From contig CANHGM010000013.1 of the NCBI GenBank assembly GCA_947460345.1, positions 18,610 to 82,609 of the forward strand: 64,000 nucleotides of DNA, read 5' to 3'. The stretch is from Bacteroidota bacterium (GTDB taxonomy: Bacteria > Bacteroidota > Bacteroidia > UKL13-3). Shown piece after piece: positions 40,554 through 50,210 of this stretch (position 1 is the first letter of the stretch; the number at the start of each line of letters is the position of its first letter). A program made the translations under genes and the position numbers. The notes under the pieces were generated by a model. The model was not told the DNA's origin and did no database searches. It saw only the letters and a list, made by a program, of their open reading frames with translations.

Positions 40554-40943
40554 TTAAACTATCTCGGGTGGATGAAAAAACCCGCGGCTAGGCATATAAT
40601 CATATAAATTATCCTTAATTGACATAAAGGATAACAAGGGTATAAACATATAATTATCTAAGCCTTTTTTGGTACTCAAAATAAAACTTTCTAGTTCTGG
40701 TATTTTGGGCTTAGCCTGCTCTATAGGCTTTGTCACATCTTGCGATTCAACCTCTTCTGTTTTGTCGAGTTGTTTTTTTAAATGACAACAACCACCACAT
40801 TTAAGTTCTGGTTTGCTTTTGTTTACACAAAATTCAGCTATTATCTTATCTTGATTTACTTTCCAATAAATCATTAAACAAGTTTTAGTTATCAGTTGAA
40901 AACTAAATACCAATAGCAACAATATTGCAAAACCTTTTTTCAA
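40554..40943 (-). CDS. Small Cys-rich membrane-anchored protein (possibly the HYC_CC_PP-type family of Bacteroidota)
   Basis: N-terminal TM/signal, Cys cluster ...FCVNKSKPELKCGGCCHLKKQ... and a PP near the C-terminus (FFHPPEIV). 129 aa. Family name recalled from memory, not verified. Confidence 0.45.
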   Translation of the reverse strand: MKKGFAILLLLVFSFQLITKTCLMIYWKVNQDKIIAEFCVNKSKPELKCGGCCHLKKQLDKTEEVESQDVTKPIEQAKPKIPELESFILSTKKGLDNYMFIPLLSFMSIKDNLYDYMPSRGFFHPPEIV

Positions 40944-41013
40944 AGTTACAAACTTACAACATATTAAATGTTCTTTTATAATTACAATCTTATTTTGTAA
41001 TGATTAGTTATAA

Positions 41014-42348
41014 CTAATTTATATATTTCTGAATAATGCTTTTTACATGATCATTCCCTTTAATATTATCTATCAAATCTTTAGCTATTATTTCATCAAT
41101 TATTTTATCATTAACAGCTCCTCTGGCTTTAGCTTCAGCATATGGTACTGTGCTAAAAGTCACTAGTTCATATTGGCTTTTAAAAATATCAGAAAAATGC
41201 TCGCATAAATCGTGTTCTATATGTTTTCGAAGTAAGAAATCAACATCTCCTACTTTCTCAGCCATTTCAGTAAAATTTTGTATAGCTAAGTCGGCAATTG
41301 CATCAGCATTAGGTTTTCTTAGTTCTTGGTAATGGCTAAAAACTTCAGTCCAATTTGGATAATATTTTTCTATACATTCATCTAAAACTACGCAATCTTC
41401 AAAAGAGCAATTCATTCCTTGGCCAAAGAATGGCACCACGGCGTGAGCTGCATCTCCCATTAAAGCTAACTTATCTGCTTTTACCCATGGATAACATTTA
41501 ACTGTTACCAAAGCTCCAATTGGATTTTTAAAAAAGTCTTCTTGTAGAGTTGGCATTAATGGCAAAGCATCAGCAAATTCTGATTTAAAAAAATCTAAAA
41601 CAGCTTCTTTACTGTTTAATTGGTCAAACCCAGGTTTACCTTGATGAGCTAAAAACAATGTTAATGTAAAGTCACCTGCTGGATTTGGAAGTGCAATCAT
41701 CATATATGCACCACGTGGCCATATATGTAAGCAGTTTTTATCCATCATAAAATTACCCAAAGCATCAGGCGGAATTATTAATTCTTTATATCCTACATAT
41801 AAATAACTTTGAGAATAATCAAACCTATCTGTAATTTGAAGACGGCCTCTTGTCGCTGCAAACGCACCATCTGTTCCAATAATTCTGTCAGCTTTATGTG
41901 TGATACTTTCACCTTTTTCATTTTCGAAAACAGCAATTGCTTTATCAATATCTACATCTTTACATTTATGGTTAAAATGTAAATTAATATTGTCATATGC
42001 GTCCGCCAATTCCAATAATCTTAAATTTAACCTTCCTCTTGAAACAGAGTTTATGGCTTGATTGTTTGTTCCATATGGTTGGTAGTTAAGTTCACCCGTT
42101 CTGCTATGCATCATTCGCCCATACATAGGAATAGCATCACTTAAGACTTCATCGTCTAGACCTACTTTTTTTAGGGCTTCTATACCTCTAATAGACAGTG
42201 CTAAGTTTATACTTTTACCAGCAGAAATTCTATTGGTTCGCATATCTGGTCTTCTTTCGAAAACATCAACTGTAAATCCTCTTTTAGCTAAATATATGGC
42301 CATTAAAGAGCCTGAGAGTCCACCGCCAACAATAGTTATCTTTTCCAT
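41014..42348 (-). CDS. kmo: Kynurenine 3-monooxygenase (FAD-dependent)
   Basis: N-terminal FAD-binding motif KITIVGGGLSGSLMAIYLAKRGFTVDVFERRPDMR. 444 aa, class A flavoprotein monooxygenase length, C-terminal hydrophobic tail. Typical of flavobacterial KMO. Confidence 0.75.
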   Translation of the reverse strand: MEKITIVGGGLSGSLMAIYLAKRGFTVDVFERRPDMRTNRISAGKSINLALSIRGIEALKKVGLDDEVLSDAIPMYGRMMHSRTGELNYQPYGTNNQAINSVSRGRLNLRLLELADAYDNINLHFNHKCKDVDIDKAIAVFENEKGESITHKADRIIGTDGAFAATRGRLQITDRFDYSQSYLYVGYKELIIPPDALGNFMMDKNCLHIWPRGAYMMIALPNPAGDFTLTLFLAHQGKPGFDQLNSKEAVLDFFKSEFADALPLMPTLQEDFFKNPIGALVTVKCYPWVKADKLALMGDAAHAVVPFFGQGMNCSFEDCVVLDECIEKYYPNWTEVFSHYQELRKPNADAIADLAIQNFTEMAEKVGDVDFLLRKHIEHDLCEHFSDIFKSQYELVTFSTVPYAEAKARGAVNDKIIDEIIAKDLIDNIKGNDHVKSIIQKYIN

Positions 42349-42450
42349 AGGGCAAATATATGTGATGTAAAAAATCGAAAAGTAAAAAAACTTATATTTA
42401 GATTGAAGATAGATAGAGATAAAGAAAATCCTTATAATATAAACACAAAA

Positions 42451-42485
42451 AAATCCGCCCTAATTAGAGCGGATTTAATTTTTTT
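42451..42485 (-). terminator. Rho-independent (bidirectional) terminator after the 952-aa repeat protein gene
   Basis: Stem aaatccgc/gcggattt with a ~10-nt loop. T7/A7 runs on both sides. 16 nt after the stop at 42501. Confidence 0.5.
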
Positions 42486-42500
42486 ATTAAATTACTTTAT

Positions 42501-45359
42501 TTATTCAACAATGAATTTACTAGAAATAGTTCCTTCGTTGGTATTTAATTGTAATATATATATTCCTTTAGCAAAATTACTCACATCAATAGTTTCAACA
42601 TTATTCCCTAGAGATGCATTGTTGTTATTTTGATTGAACAACAATTTACCTTGCATATCATATATATGAATTTGCATAGGAGAGTATTTATTTAAGCTAT
42701 ATAATACTTGTAATTTTTCTCTAGTAGGGTTAGGATACAATTCAAATACTTTCACGATAGAAGATACTGAACCTATACCAACATAACTTGTACCATCTAC
42801 AGCAACTGTTTGTGTATTAGCTCCTTGGCTCGACACAATTACAGATCCGTTATGAGTACCAGCACTCGATGGGTTGTATCTCACATATATAATTTTAGTT
42901 GAAACTGAACCACCAGATGGTGATAATAACAACGAATTGTTAAACCCACTAGATGGACTTAATGACACTTCAAAATTAGTAGGTGATGAAACTGTAATAT
43001 CTCCTAACAAATTAGAACCATTCACTGCCATTGCTTGTGCTGCTGATGGAGTACCTAAAGTTGTAACAAAACTATTTGAAATATTAGTAGCTGTAACAAC
43101 AGGACCAGCTGGTAAAGTTGCAGTACCGCTTAAACTTACTGAAACAGTTGTAGCACCAGAAGAAACGTTGTCTATATCTCCAATATGATTACCTGCAGTA
43201 GTTGGGTTGTATCTAACATAGACAGTTCCATTGTTTACTTTTCCACCAACAGGATTAAAGTATACTGAACCACCAAAACCTGTAGTTGAACTTAATGACA
43301 CCTGAAAATCAGCTGGTGCTGAAACCAATAACAAACCAGTAAGGTCAGAACCAATAACTGTATATAATTGAGCAGTTGATGGTGTACCCACTTGAGTAGT
43401 GAATGGATTTAATAAAGAAACTGAAGTAGTAATTACAGGTGTTATAGTTCCTGAAGTTGTTCCATTTACCAATACGTTTTGAGTAGTTGCTCCCAAAGAA
43501 ACACAAGTGATATTTCCTGAATGAGGCCCTGAAACAAATGGATTATAACGAACATATACAGTAGTCGAATTTACTGTACCTTGATTCTCATTTAATACTA
43601 CAAAGCTAGAGAAACCAGAACCTGAACTTAATGAAACCTCAAATTCATTTGGTGCAGTTACTACAATATCAAAATTTAAATTCACACCTGAAACTTTAAA
43701 GCTTTGTTCTGAACTGGTTGTTCCAACACTTGTTGAAAAGGCAGTTAGTGATGAAACACTTGCAGTAATTGTTGGATTGGTATTAACTGTAGCAGAACCG
43801 CTGATATTTATACCTTTAGAATTAGCACCTGATGAAGAACAAATAAGATCTCCATTATGGTTACCAGCAACAGAAGGGTTATATCTAACATATATATTAG
43901 TACTTCCAACTGTACCTGATGATGGTGATAATGATACACTAGAACCGAAGCCACTAGTTGTATTTAATGACACTTCAAAATGTGTTGGTGCAGACACTAT
44001 TAAATTAGCGGTCAAATTTGTTCCAGACACACTAAAGTTTTGTGTAGAACTAGGTATACCTACATAAGTTGAAAAAGCATTTAAAGAATTTACACTTATA
44101 GTAATATTGGGTGTATTGTTAACCGATGCATTTCCAGTAACAGCTACATTTTTAGTAGTAGCTCCAGTTGAAGTACAAGCAATATTTCCATTATGAGAAC
44201 CTGAAGCTGAAGGATTGTATCTAACATATACTGTTCCATTAGATACCACGCCTGAATTAGGTGAAAAAGATACGCTACTTCCAAATCCAGAATTTGAATT
44301 TAATGAAACTTCAAACTGAGAAGGTGCTGTTACCACAAGATTAGAAGATAAATCACTGCCTGAAACTGTAAAGTTTTGAACAGAGCTAGCTGTTCCTACG
44401 GTGGTAGAAAATGCACTTAATGAAGACACACTTGTTACTATAGTAGGTATTGGGCTACCTGTTGAATTTCCACTCACTGCAACATTTTGGGTAGTTGCAC
44501 TAGTTGAAGTACAAGTAACATTGCCATTATGAGAACCGGCTGCTGAAGGATTGTATCTAACATATACTGTTTGATTGTTTACTTTCCCGTTTGATGGAGA
44601 AAATGATACAGAACTTCCAAAGCCAGAACCGCTGCTTAATGATACTTCAAATTGAGAAGGTGCTGATACAATTAAATTAGATACTAAATCATTACCCGAC
44701 ACAGTGAAACCAACCGAACTGCTTGGAGTTCCAACAGTTGTAGTAAATGCATTTAAAGCACTCACTGATGTAATAATCACGGGTGACGGATTTCCAGTTG
44801 TACCGCTTACTGCCACACTTTGTGAAGATGCCCCAGAAGATGTACAGCTAATATTTCCACTATGCTGACCAGAAGCTGATGGATTATATCTAACATAAAT
44901 AACAGTTGTGGCAACACTTCCTGAAATAGGAGTAAGATTTAAAGATGAACCATAACCACTTCCAGATGCTAAAGATATTTCAAAACTACTTGGAGCACTT
45001 AAAGATATATTTCCAGTTAAGTTAGTTCCTGAAATAGAAAAACTTTGATTAGAAGAGGGTGTTCCTACAGTTGTAGTAAAGGTTGACAAATTAGCGGTAA
45101 CATATATAGTTGGTTTGTTTCCTGAACCTCCAGTAGAGCCAACAGGATCAACTTGTTGAAAACCTTGAGTAAGAATAATCCCACCTGAGGTTGCAGTGGT
45201 TACACCACCTGCTTCTCCTACAGTAAAGGATACTTGCATTCCTCCAGCTTGAACATGCTCACCAGCTGAGCCAAGCACTGAAGGTGATAGACTTTGAGCC
45301 TGGCTACTAAAAGCAAGACTAAAGCCTAGTATGAATAATAAAAGAAATCTTTTCATCAC
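42501..45359 (-). CDS. Secreted surface protein built from seven tandem ~111-aa repeats, with a T9SS type A C-terminal sorting domain
   Basis: Signal peptide. Seven repeats of the pattern PxIxTSVSSLxAFSTxVGTxSSxQxFxVSGxxLxxNLxVSAPxxFEVSLxxxSGFGSSVSxSP..G.V....VYVRYNPSxxGxHNGNxxCxSxGATTxNVAVSG. C-terminal CTD ...FELYPNPTREKLQVL...GIYILQLNTNEGTISSKFIVE. Confidence 0.8.
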   Translation of the reverse strand: MMKRFLLLFILGFSLAFSSQAQSLSPSVLGSAGEHVQAGGMQVSFTVGEAGGVTTATSGGIILTQGFQQVDPVGSTGGSGNKPTIYVTANLSTFTTTVGTPSSNQSFSISGTNLTGNISLSAPSSFEISLASGSGYGSSLNLTPISGSVATTVIYVRYNPSASGQHSGNISCTSSGASSQSVAVSGTTGNPSPVIITSVSALNAFTTTVGTPSSSVGFTVSGNDLVSNLIVSAPSQFEVSLSSGSGFGSSVSFSPSNGKVNNQTVYVRYNPSAAGSHNGNVTCTSTSATTQNVAVSGNSTGSPIPTIVTSVSSLSAFSTTVGTASSVQNFTVSGSDLSSNLVVTAPSQFEVSLNSNSGFGSSVSFSPNSGVVSNGTVYVRYNPSASGSHNGNIACTSTGATTKNVAVTGNASVNNTPNITISVNSLNAFSTYVGIPSSTQNFSVSGTNLTANLIVSAPTHFEVSLNTTSGFGSSVSLSPSSGTVGSTNIYVRYNPSVAGNHNGDLICSSSGANSKGINISGSATVNTNPTITASVSSLTAFSTSVGTTSSEQSFKVSGVNLNFDIVVTAPNEFEVSLSSGSGFSSFVVLNENQGTVNSTTVYVRYNPFVSGPHSGNITCVSLGATTQNVLVNGTTSGTITPVITTSVSLLNPFTTQVGTPSTAQLYTVIGSDLTGLLLVSAPADFQVSLSSTTGFGGSVYFNPVGGKVNNGTVYVRYNPTTAGNHIGDIDNVSSGATTVSVSLSGTATLPAGPVVTATNISNSFVTTLGTPSAAQAMAVNGSNLLGDITVSSPTNFEVSLSPSSGFNNSLLLSPSGGSVSTKIIYVRYNPSSAGTHNGSVIVSSQGANTQTVAVDGTSYVGIGSVSSIVKVFELYPNPTREKLQVLYSLNKYSPMQIHIYDMQGKLLFNQNNNNASLGNNVETIDVSNFAKGIYILQLNTNEGTISSKFIVE
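42800..45100. repeat. Seven tandem ~333-bp DNA repeats inside the 952-aa gene
   Basis: The anchor ggRttRtatctaacatatac recurs at 42879, 43203, 43540, 43878, 44219, 44550 and 44881 with a period of 324-341 nt. The protein-level VYVRYNP repeats match. Confidence 0.7.
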
Positions 45360-45385
45360 ATTATATAATTTTAATGACGATTAAA

Positions 45386-47218
45386 CTATTTCAATATTGA
45401 TTTAGAAGCATCAAGTTTTGATAAATCTATAATATCATTTTTAGTATCTGGTTTAGTATTTTCAGATACTGGTACTCTTGTTAATTTAGAAATGCTAAGA
45501 GATTTAGGTTTACCAAATAATTCAGGGTGTATATATTTACCTTTTTCAATTCCTTTTTTCTCAACTTCTGCAACAATTCTATTTGAATTAGCCCAAGCAT
45601 CTTGTCTAATACCAGTAACTTGCCAACTAACTTTTACATTGGGTTGGTTTGTTTTAATTACAAATTGATTGTCTTTAACTTCTTCACCAACCATTGCTTG
45701 AGCAAAAGAACCTATTACGGTTAATTGGTATCTAAAATCTTTGTTTTCTGCCATAAAATAATCAGGTAGTTTTACAGTTACTGTTCCATTTGCATCAGTA
45801 GTAGTATTACCATTATATATGTTCATCATATCTGGGCTTTCAACAAAACTATGAATTAAATATTTATTTTCTGGATCTGTTGGGTGATCAATTTTAAAAG
45901 AACCACCTGCTTTTGCTAAGTTACCAGTAACTTCAACATTACCATCAAAATACCCAGCATAAGTTCCAACACTTCCAGTTCCATTAACATTTGCATTCAC
46001 ACCTATTACATAGCTTGGATTGTTAGAACCTTTTTCAGCATATACTTCTATACCAGTTGCTACTACACTTCCAGCTAAGCTATAAAATGTTCCACCAATA
46101 TTAAATGCACCATTAGGATCATTAGAAAAACTAGTAATACCAGTACATGCTTTAGTATTTCCAATATTATAAGAACCAACCGAAACTGCATATACACCTT
46201 GACCATCTGTTGATGAAAAGTATCCTCCAGCATTACTTCTATAATATACATTAGATAAACTTCTATGAGTTGTTGGAGTTGCAAAACCAACAACACCAAT
46301 GGCATTGGTATCGCCTGAACTGGCAAAATAACCACCATAATTTAATCCATAAGCACCAGTTACACCACCTCTAACACCAATGTTTATCCCTTTTGCACCT
46401 GAAACTGCAGTTACTCTGCCGTAAGTACCATAATAAGAAGAATCTTGTGCGTTCAATACTTGATTAAAAGAACCAATCCATCCGCCTTCAAAATTACCAC
46501 CAATACCATAAGAATCTTGTGGTTTTGATTTTCCATATACTCCAGAAGCATCATATTGTCCAGTTCCTGTATACAAACCTTGAACACCTATAGCATTGTT
46601 GCCATTATAATTAGTTTCGAATGAACCTGAAACAGGCAATGAACCTGTAGTTTGTAATCTATAATTGCTATTTGGATTTACAGTACCTAAACCAACATTT
46701 GTCCCATTATCATAAAGTAGAGAAACTGTGATAGCATTAGCACCTGTAAATTTAGCAACATAATTTGCAGTTCCACTAGAAGCAGTGACACCTCCACTTC
46801 CTCCACTACCTGACTTTTCTGCATATAATGCATAAGGCACGCTCATCATTTGAGTACTGCTCATAGTGGTAAAATTGTTGCCATTATTAGAATCCAATTC
46901 TAATTTTAGATATTTATTTCCAGCACTCCAATTTATTGAAGAAAAAGTTCCAGATTGTGCAGAACCACCTCCAATAATTAAGTTAAATAGACCATAAGCG
47001 TTTGTAGAAACAGAATGTTTCTCCACATAATCAGCAGTTCCAGATGCAGAGCCCGCTAGTATGCTTATTCTTACACCCAATGTTTTGTTTGCCATTAAAG
47101 TTCCAGAAGAACTTCTAGCAACTGCTTGATAATTAATTCCAGTAGGTGCTTGTGCAGCAAGATTAAAAGTTCCTGCTACTAGTGTTAATAAAAGCAATAG
47201 TAAATTGATTTTTTTCAT
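45386..47218 (-). CDS. Secreted glycine-rich, beta-helix/tail-fibre-like protein with a conserved C-terminal domain of unknown function (no T9SS CTD)
   Basis: Signal peptide (MKKINLLLLLLTLVAGTFNLAAQ). Conserved N-terminal block PTGINYQAVARSSSGTLMANKTLGVRISI...SVPYALYAEKSG. Long Gly/Ser/Asn/Tyr-rich middle region. C-terminal block KIDHPTDPENKYLIHSFVESPDMMNIYNG...FRYQLTVIG. 26-nt gap to the repeat-protein gene downstream. Confidence 0.6.
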   Translation of the reverse strand: MKKINLLLLLLTLVAGTFNLAAQAPTGINYQAVARSSSGTLMANKTLGVRISILAGSASGTADYVEKHSVSTNAYGLFNLIIGGGSAQSGTFSSINWSAGNKYLKLELDSNNGNNFTTMSSTQMMSVPYALYAEKSGSGGSGGVTASSGTANYVAKFTGANAITVSLLYDNGTNVGLGTVNPNSNYRLQTTGSLPVSGSFETNYNGNNAIGVQGLYTGTGQYDASGVYGKSKPQDSYGIGGNFEGGWIGSFNQVLNAQDSSYYGTYGRVTAVSGAKGINIGVRGGVTGAYGLNYGGYFASSGDTNAIGVVGFATPTTHRSLSNVYYRSNAGGYFSSTDGQGVYAVSVGSYNIGNTKACTGITSFSNDPNGAFNIGGTFYSLAGSVVATGIEVYAEKGSNNPSYVIGVNANVNGTGSVGTYAGYFDGNVEVTGNLAKAGGSFKIDHPTDPENKYLIHSFVESPDMMNIYNGNTTTDANGTVTVKLPDYFMAENKDFRYQLTVIGSFAQAMVGEEVKDNQFVIKTNQPNVKVSWQVTGIRQDAWANSNRIVAEVEKKGIEKGKYIHPELFGKPKSLSISKLTRVPVSENTKPDTKNDIIDLSKLDASKSILK

Positions 47219-47244
47219 GTTATTTAAATATTTTTTTTGACACG

Positions 47245-47252
47245 CAAATATA
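47245..47252 (-). promoter_or_regulatory. Bacteroidota-type -7 promoter box (TATATTTG) for the 45386..47218 / 42501..45359 transcription unit
   Basis: The reverse complement of caaatata matches the TAnnTTTG consensus, 26 nt upstream of the ATG at 47218. A TTG lies about 20 nt further upstream. Confidence 0.3.
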
Positions 47253-47429
47253 AATCAAAATTTAAGTTAACACTATTATCATTTCTTTAAAATTCACACA
47301 ATTTAATAATAGAATTTATAAAGAACTTGCAACTGTTGGCTTCATTATAAAAGTTAAAAACAATATTTCTTTTGACTTTTGATACTAAAGTAGTGATATT
47401 CGCGTTTAATGATTCTTTAAAATGACTAT

Positions 47430-50210
47430 ATGATATTAAACCTTAACAAAACTATTCTTTTCATATGTGTACTAATGTTTGAGTTATATAATATCCAAGC
47501 ACAAAAAATATCAGGTTATTTGTTAGATAGCTCTATTTCTAAACAGCTTGACCATGCATCTGTATCTATTTTAAACTCAAAAGATTCAACTTTTATATAT
47601 TCTACAAGAACAAATATTAACGGATTATTTGTTATACCCAAAGTGGATTCTGGAAGATATATATTATTTATTAGTCATCCTCAATATGCCGATTTCATTG
47701 ATTATATTACCACTTCAGGGAAAGATAATCAAGCATTGGGCACTATTCAAATGTTTAGAAAAGAATTGATGTTACAAAATGTAGTAGTGGTTGGTAAACG
47801 AAAAGCCATTGTAATAAAGGGAGATACAGTTGAGTTTGCAGCAGATAGTTTTATTAACAGAGAAGGAGCCACAGTTGAAGATCTCTTAAAAAAACTTCCT
47901 GGAATGACCGTAGACAAAAATGGGAAAGTTACCGCATTTGGAAAAGAAGTTGAGAAGGTATTGGTTGATGGGGAAGAATTTTTTGGCGATGACCCAACAA
48001 TGGCCACAAAAAACTTGCAAGCCCAATCTGTAGATAAAGTGCAGGTGTTTGACCAACAAAGTGAACAAGCACAACAAACTGGAATTGATGATGGTCAAAA
48101 GACTAAAACTATTAACATTCAGTTGAAAGAAGAAGCTAAAACAGGATATTTGGGGAAAGTTTCAGCCTCGGGTGGTTCCACTGATAATCTAAATATATAT
48201 GACACCCAAGGCATGCTCAATTATTTTAAGAAAAAACGGAAAATTTCAGTTTTTGCACTAAGTGATAATTACAACTATGGAGGACTTTCATGGGATGATG
48301 AGCAAAAATATGGTGGAATGGAATATGAATATAGTGATGATGGCAATTATAGTGTTTACAAGATAATGGATGAAGATGACAACATTGGAACCAAAGGGTT
48401 TCCAGTTAACAAATCAGCTGGTCTTCATTATTCTGATAATTTAAAAAACGGTAAACATAAAATCACTGTAAATTACAGATACGCTGAAATGCAAGTAAAT
48501 TACACAGAAAACAACTTTGCTAAATATATTTATGCCGATTCGTTATATAACGAAAACAAGAGTACCAACCACAGAATAGATAGGAACAAAAACACTTTTA
48601 ATTTAAAATATGAGTATAAAATAGATTCGTTGTCTTATATAAGACTTAACATTGCAAGTACACTTATCAATAAAAAATCACACAAGGATATATTGAGTCA
48701 AAGTTTTGCAAACCTTATTGACACTGTTAATGATAGCAAAAGAAATACGACAAGTGATGGGCAAAATCAAAGTTTCAACATCGGAGTTTTATATAATAAA
48801 AAATTTAAGCTGAAAGGTCGATCAATGAATATCAAAATGAATCAGTCAGCTAATCAAAATGAAAACGATGGCTTGTTATTTTCTGAAAACAACTACTATA
48901 ACTCTGCGTCAACCCCTTACCAATTGATTAATCAAAACAAGCTAAACAAAGCTAAATCCACCAGCTATTCTTTACAAATAAACTATACTGAACCTTTGGG
49001 TAAAAAACAGTGGTATACTGAAGCAACTTATTCTATAAACAATTCTATTCAAAATAATTCTTTACTATCATACAATCTTCCAACAAACACTTTAGATAGT
49101 GTATTTAGCAATAATATTTCATATAACATAATTAACCAAAAAGGTGGTTTATATATTAAGGCTAATAAAAAGAAATTTGACATAAGATTTGGAACAAGTT
49201 ATAACCTTACTAACCTCAATCAATTTAATGCATTCACAAAAAAAACTATTAACTATCCTTTTGTCAATATTATTCCTGAAATGTCATTTACATGGAAATT
49301 GAACAAACAAAAAGACTTAACATTTAGATATAATGGAAGAACGAACCAGCCAACCATAAACCAAATACAACCGCTAAAAGATAACTCAGACCCATTTAAT
49401 ATCATTCAAGGGAATCCCAATCTGAAACAAGAATTTAAGCAAAACTTTTCACTAAGATATAATTTTTACAAAGTACTAAATGGAACAAGTCTATGGAGTG
49501 GCTTAGATTATAGCACCACTGCAAACGAAATTATATATACCAACAATATAAATGAACAAGGAATTAGAAGTAGCCAATACACTAATTTAGATGGCAACTA
49601 CAATATCAGATTATATGGCTATTTTGGAAAGAAATTGAAAAAACTAAATAGCTATTTGGGTTATAATATCAATGGTAGTTACTATCACAACAATAACTTT
49701 GTAAATACTTTAGCTAATTTAAGCGAGACCTATTCTTTTTCTAATACTTTTAGTTTTTCGTTCGATAAAGAAAAATGGCCAGAGATATCTCTAAATTATA
49801 GACCTTCTTATAATTACAATGTATCCTCCATAAATAAAGATATTCAAACAAAATACTGGCAACAATTTGTTGATTTTTCATTTTATTGGAAGCTAAAAAA
49901 AGACTATGAAATTGGAACAGACATAGAAGTTACCTCACGTCAAAAACTAAACTTAAGTGACAAAAACAATAATTTTATTATATGGAATGCCTATATCGGT
50001 AAAAAAGTATTTAAAGACAAATCAGGCACTCTACAAATAAGCTGTGACGATATTCTTAAACAAAGGATTGGTTTTAATAGATATATAAACTTGACTACTA
50101 TTAATGAAAACTATTATACTCTTATCACAAGATACTGGATGGTAAAATTTATATGGACATTTGCTGATAAATCAACCAAAGCTAAACAAAAAAAAGAAGA
50201 TGAGGAATAA
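47430..50210 (+). CDS. Outer-membrane beta-barrel family protein (OMP_b-brl_3-like) with an N-terminal carboxypeptidase-regulatory-like domain and plug-like region
   Basis: Signal peptide. CarbopepD_reg-like start (KISGYLLDSSISKQLDHASVSILNSKDSTFIYSTRTNINGLFVIP). Plug-like DTVEFAADSF...VEDLLKKLPGMTV. About 600-aa Asn/Tyr-rich barrel with a terminal aromatic stretch. 926 aa. Confidence 0.75.
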   Translation: MILNLNKTILFICVLMFELYNIQAQKISGYLLDSSISKQLDHASVSILNSKDSTFIYSTRTNINGLFVIPKVDSGRYILFISHPQYADFIDYITTSGKDNQALGTIQMFRKELMLQNVVVVGKRKAIVIKGDTVEFAADSFINREGATVEDLLKKLPGMTVDKNGKVTAFGKEVEKVLVDGEEFFGDDPTMATKNLQAQSVDKVQVFDQQSEQAQQTGIDDGQKTKTINIQLKEEAKTGYLGKVSASGGSTDNLNIYDTQGMLNYFKKKRKISVFALSDNYNYGGLSWDDEQKYGGMEYEYSDDGNYSVYKIMDEDDNIGTKGFPVNKSAGLHYSDNLKNGKHKITVNYRYAEMQVNYTENNFAKYIYADSLYNENKSTNHRIDRNKNTFNLKYEYKIDSLSYIRLNIASTLINKKSHKDILSQSFANLIDTVNDSKRNTTSDGQNQSFNIGVLYNKKFKLKGRSMNIKMNQSANQNENDGLLFSENNYYNSASTPYQLINQNKLNKAKSTSYSLQINYTEPLGKKQWYTEATYSINNSIQNNSLLSYNLPTNTLDSVFSNNISYNIINQKGGLYIKANKKKFDIRFGTSYNLTNLNQFNAFTKKTINYPFVNIIPEMSFTWKLNKQKDLTFRYNGRTNQPTINQIQPLKDNSDPFNIIQGNPNLKQEFKQNFSLRYNFYKVLNGTSLWSGLDYSTTANEIIYTNNINEQGIRSSQYTNLDGNYNIRLYGYFGKKLKKLNSYLGYNINGSYYHNNNFVNTLANLSETYSFSNTFSFSFDKEKWPEISLNYRPSYNYNVSSINKDIQTKYWQQFVDFSFYWKLKKDYEIGTDIEVTSRQKLNLSDKNNNFIIWNAYIGKKVFKDKSGTLQISCDDILKQRIGFNRYINLTTINENYYTLITRYWMVKFIWTFADKSTKAKQKKEDEE

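Noticed and set aside
42403-42633. 76-aa plus-strand ORF over the 42501 gene terminator
   Set aside because: Spans a terminator hairpin and the 3' end of the convergent gene. Composition is AT-rich nonsense.
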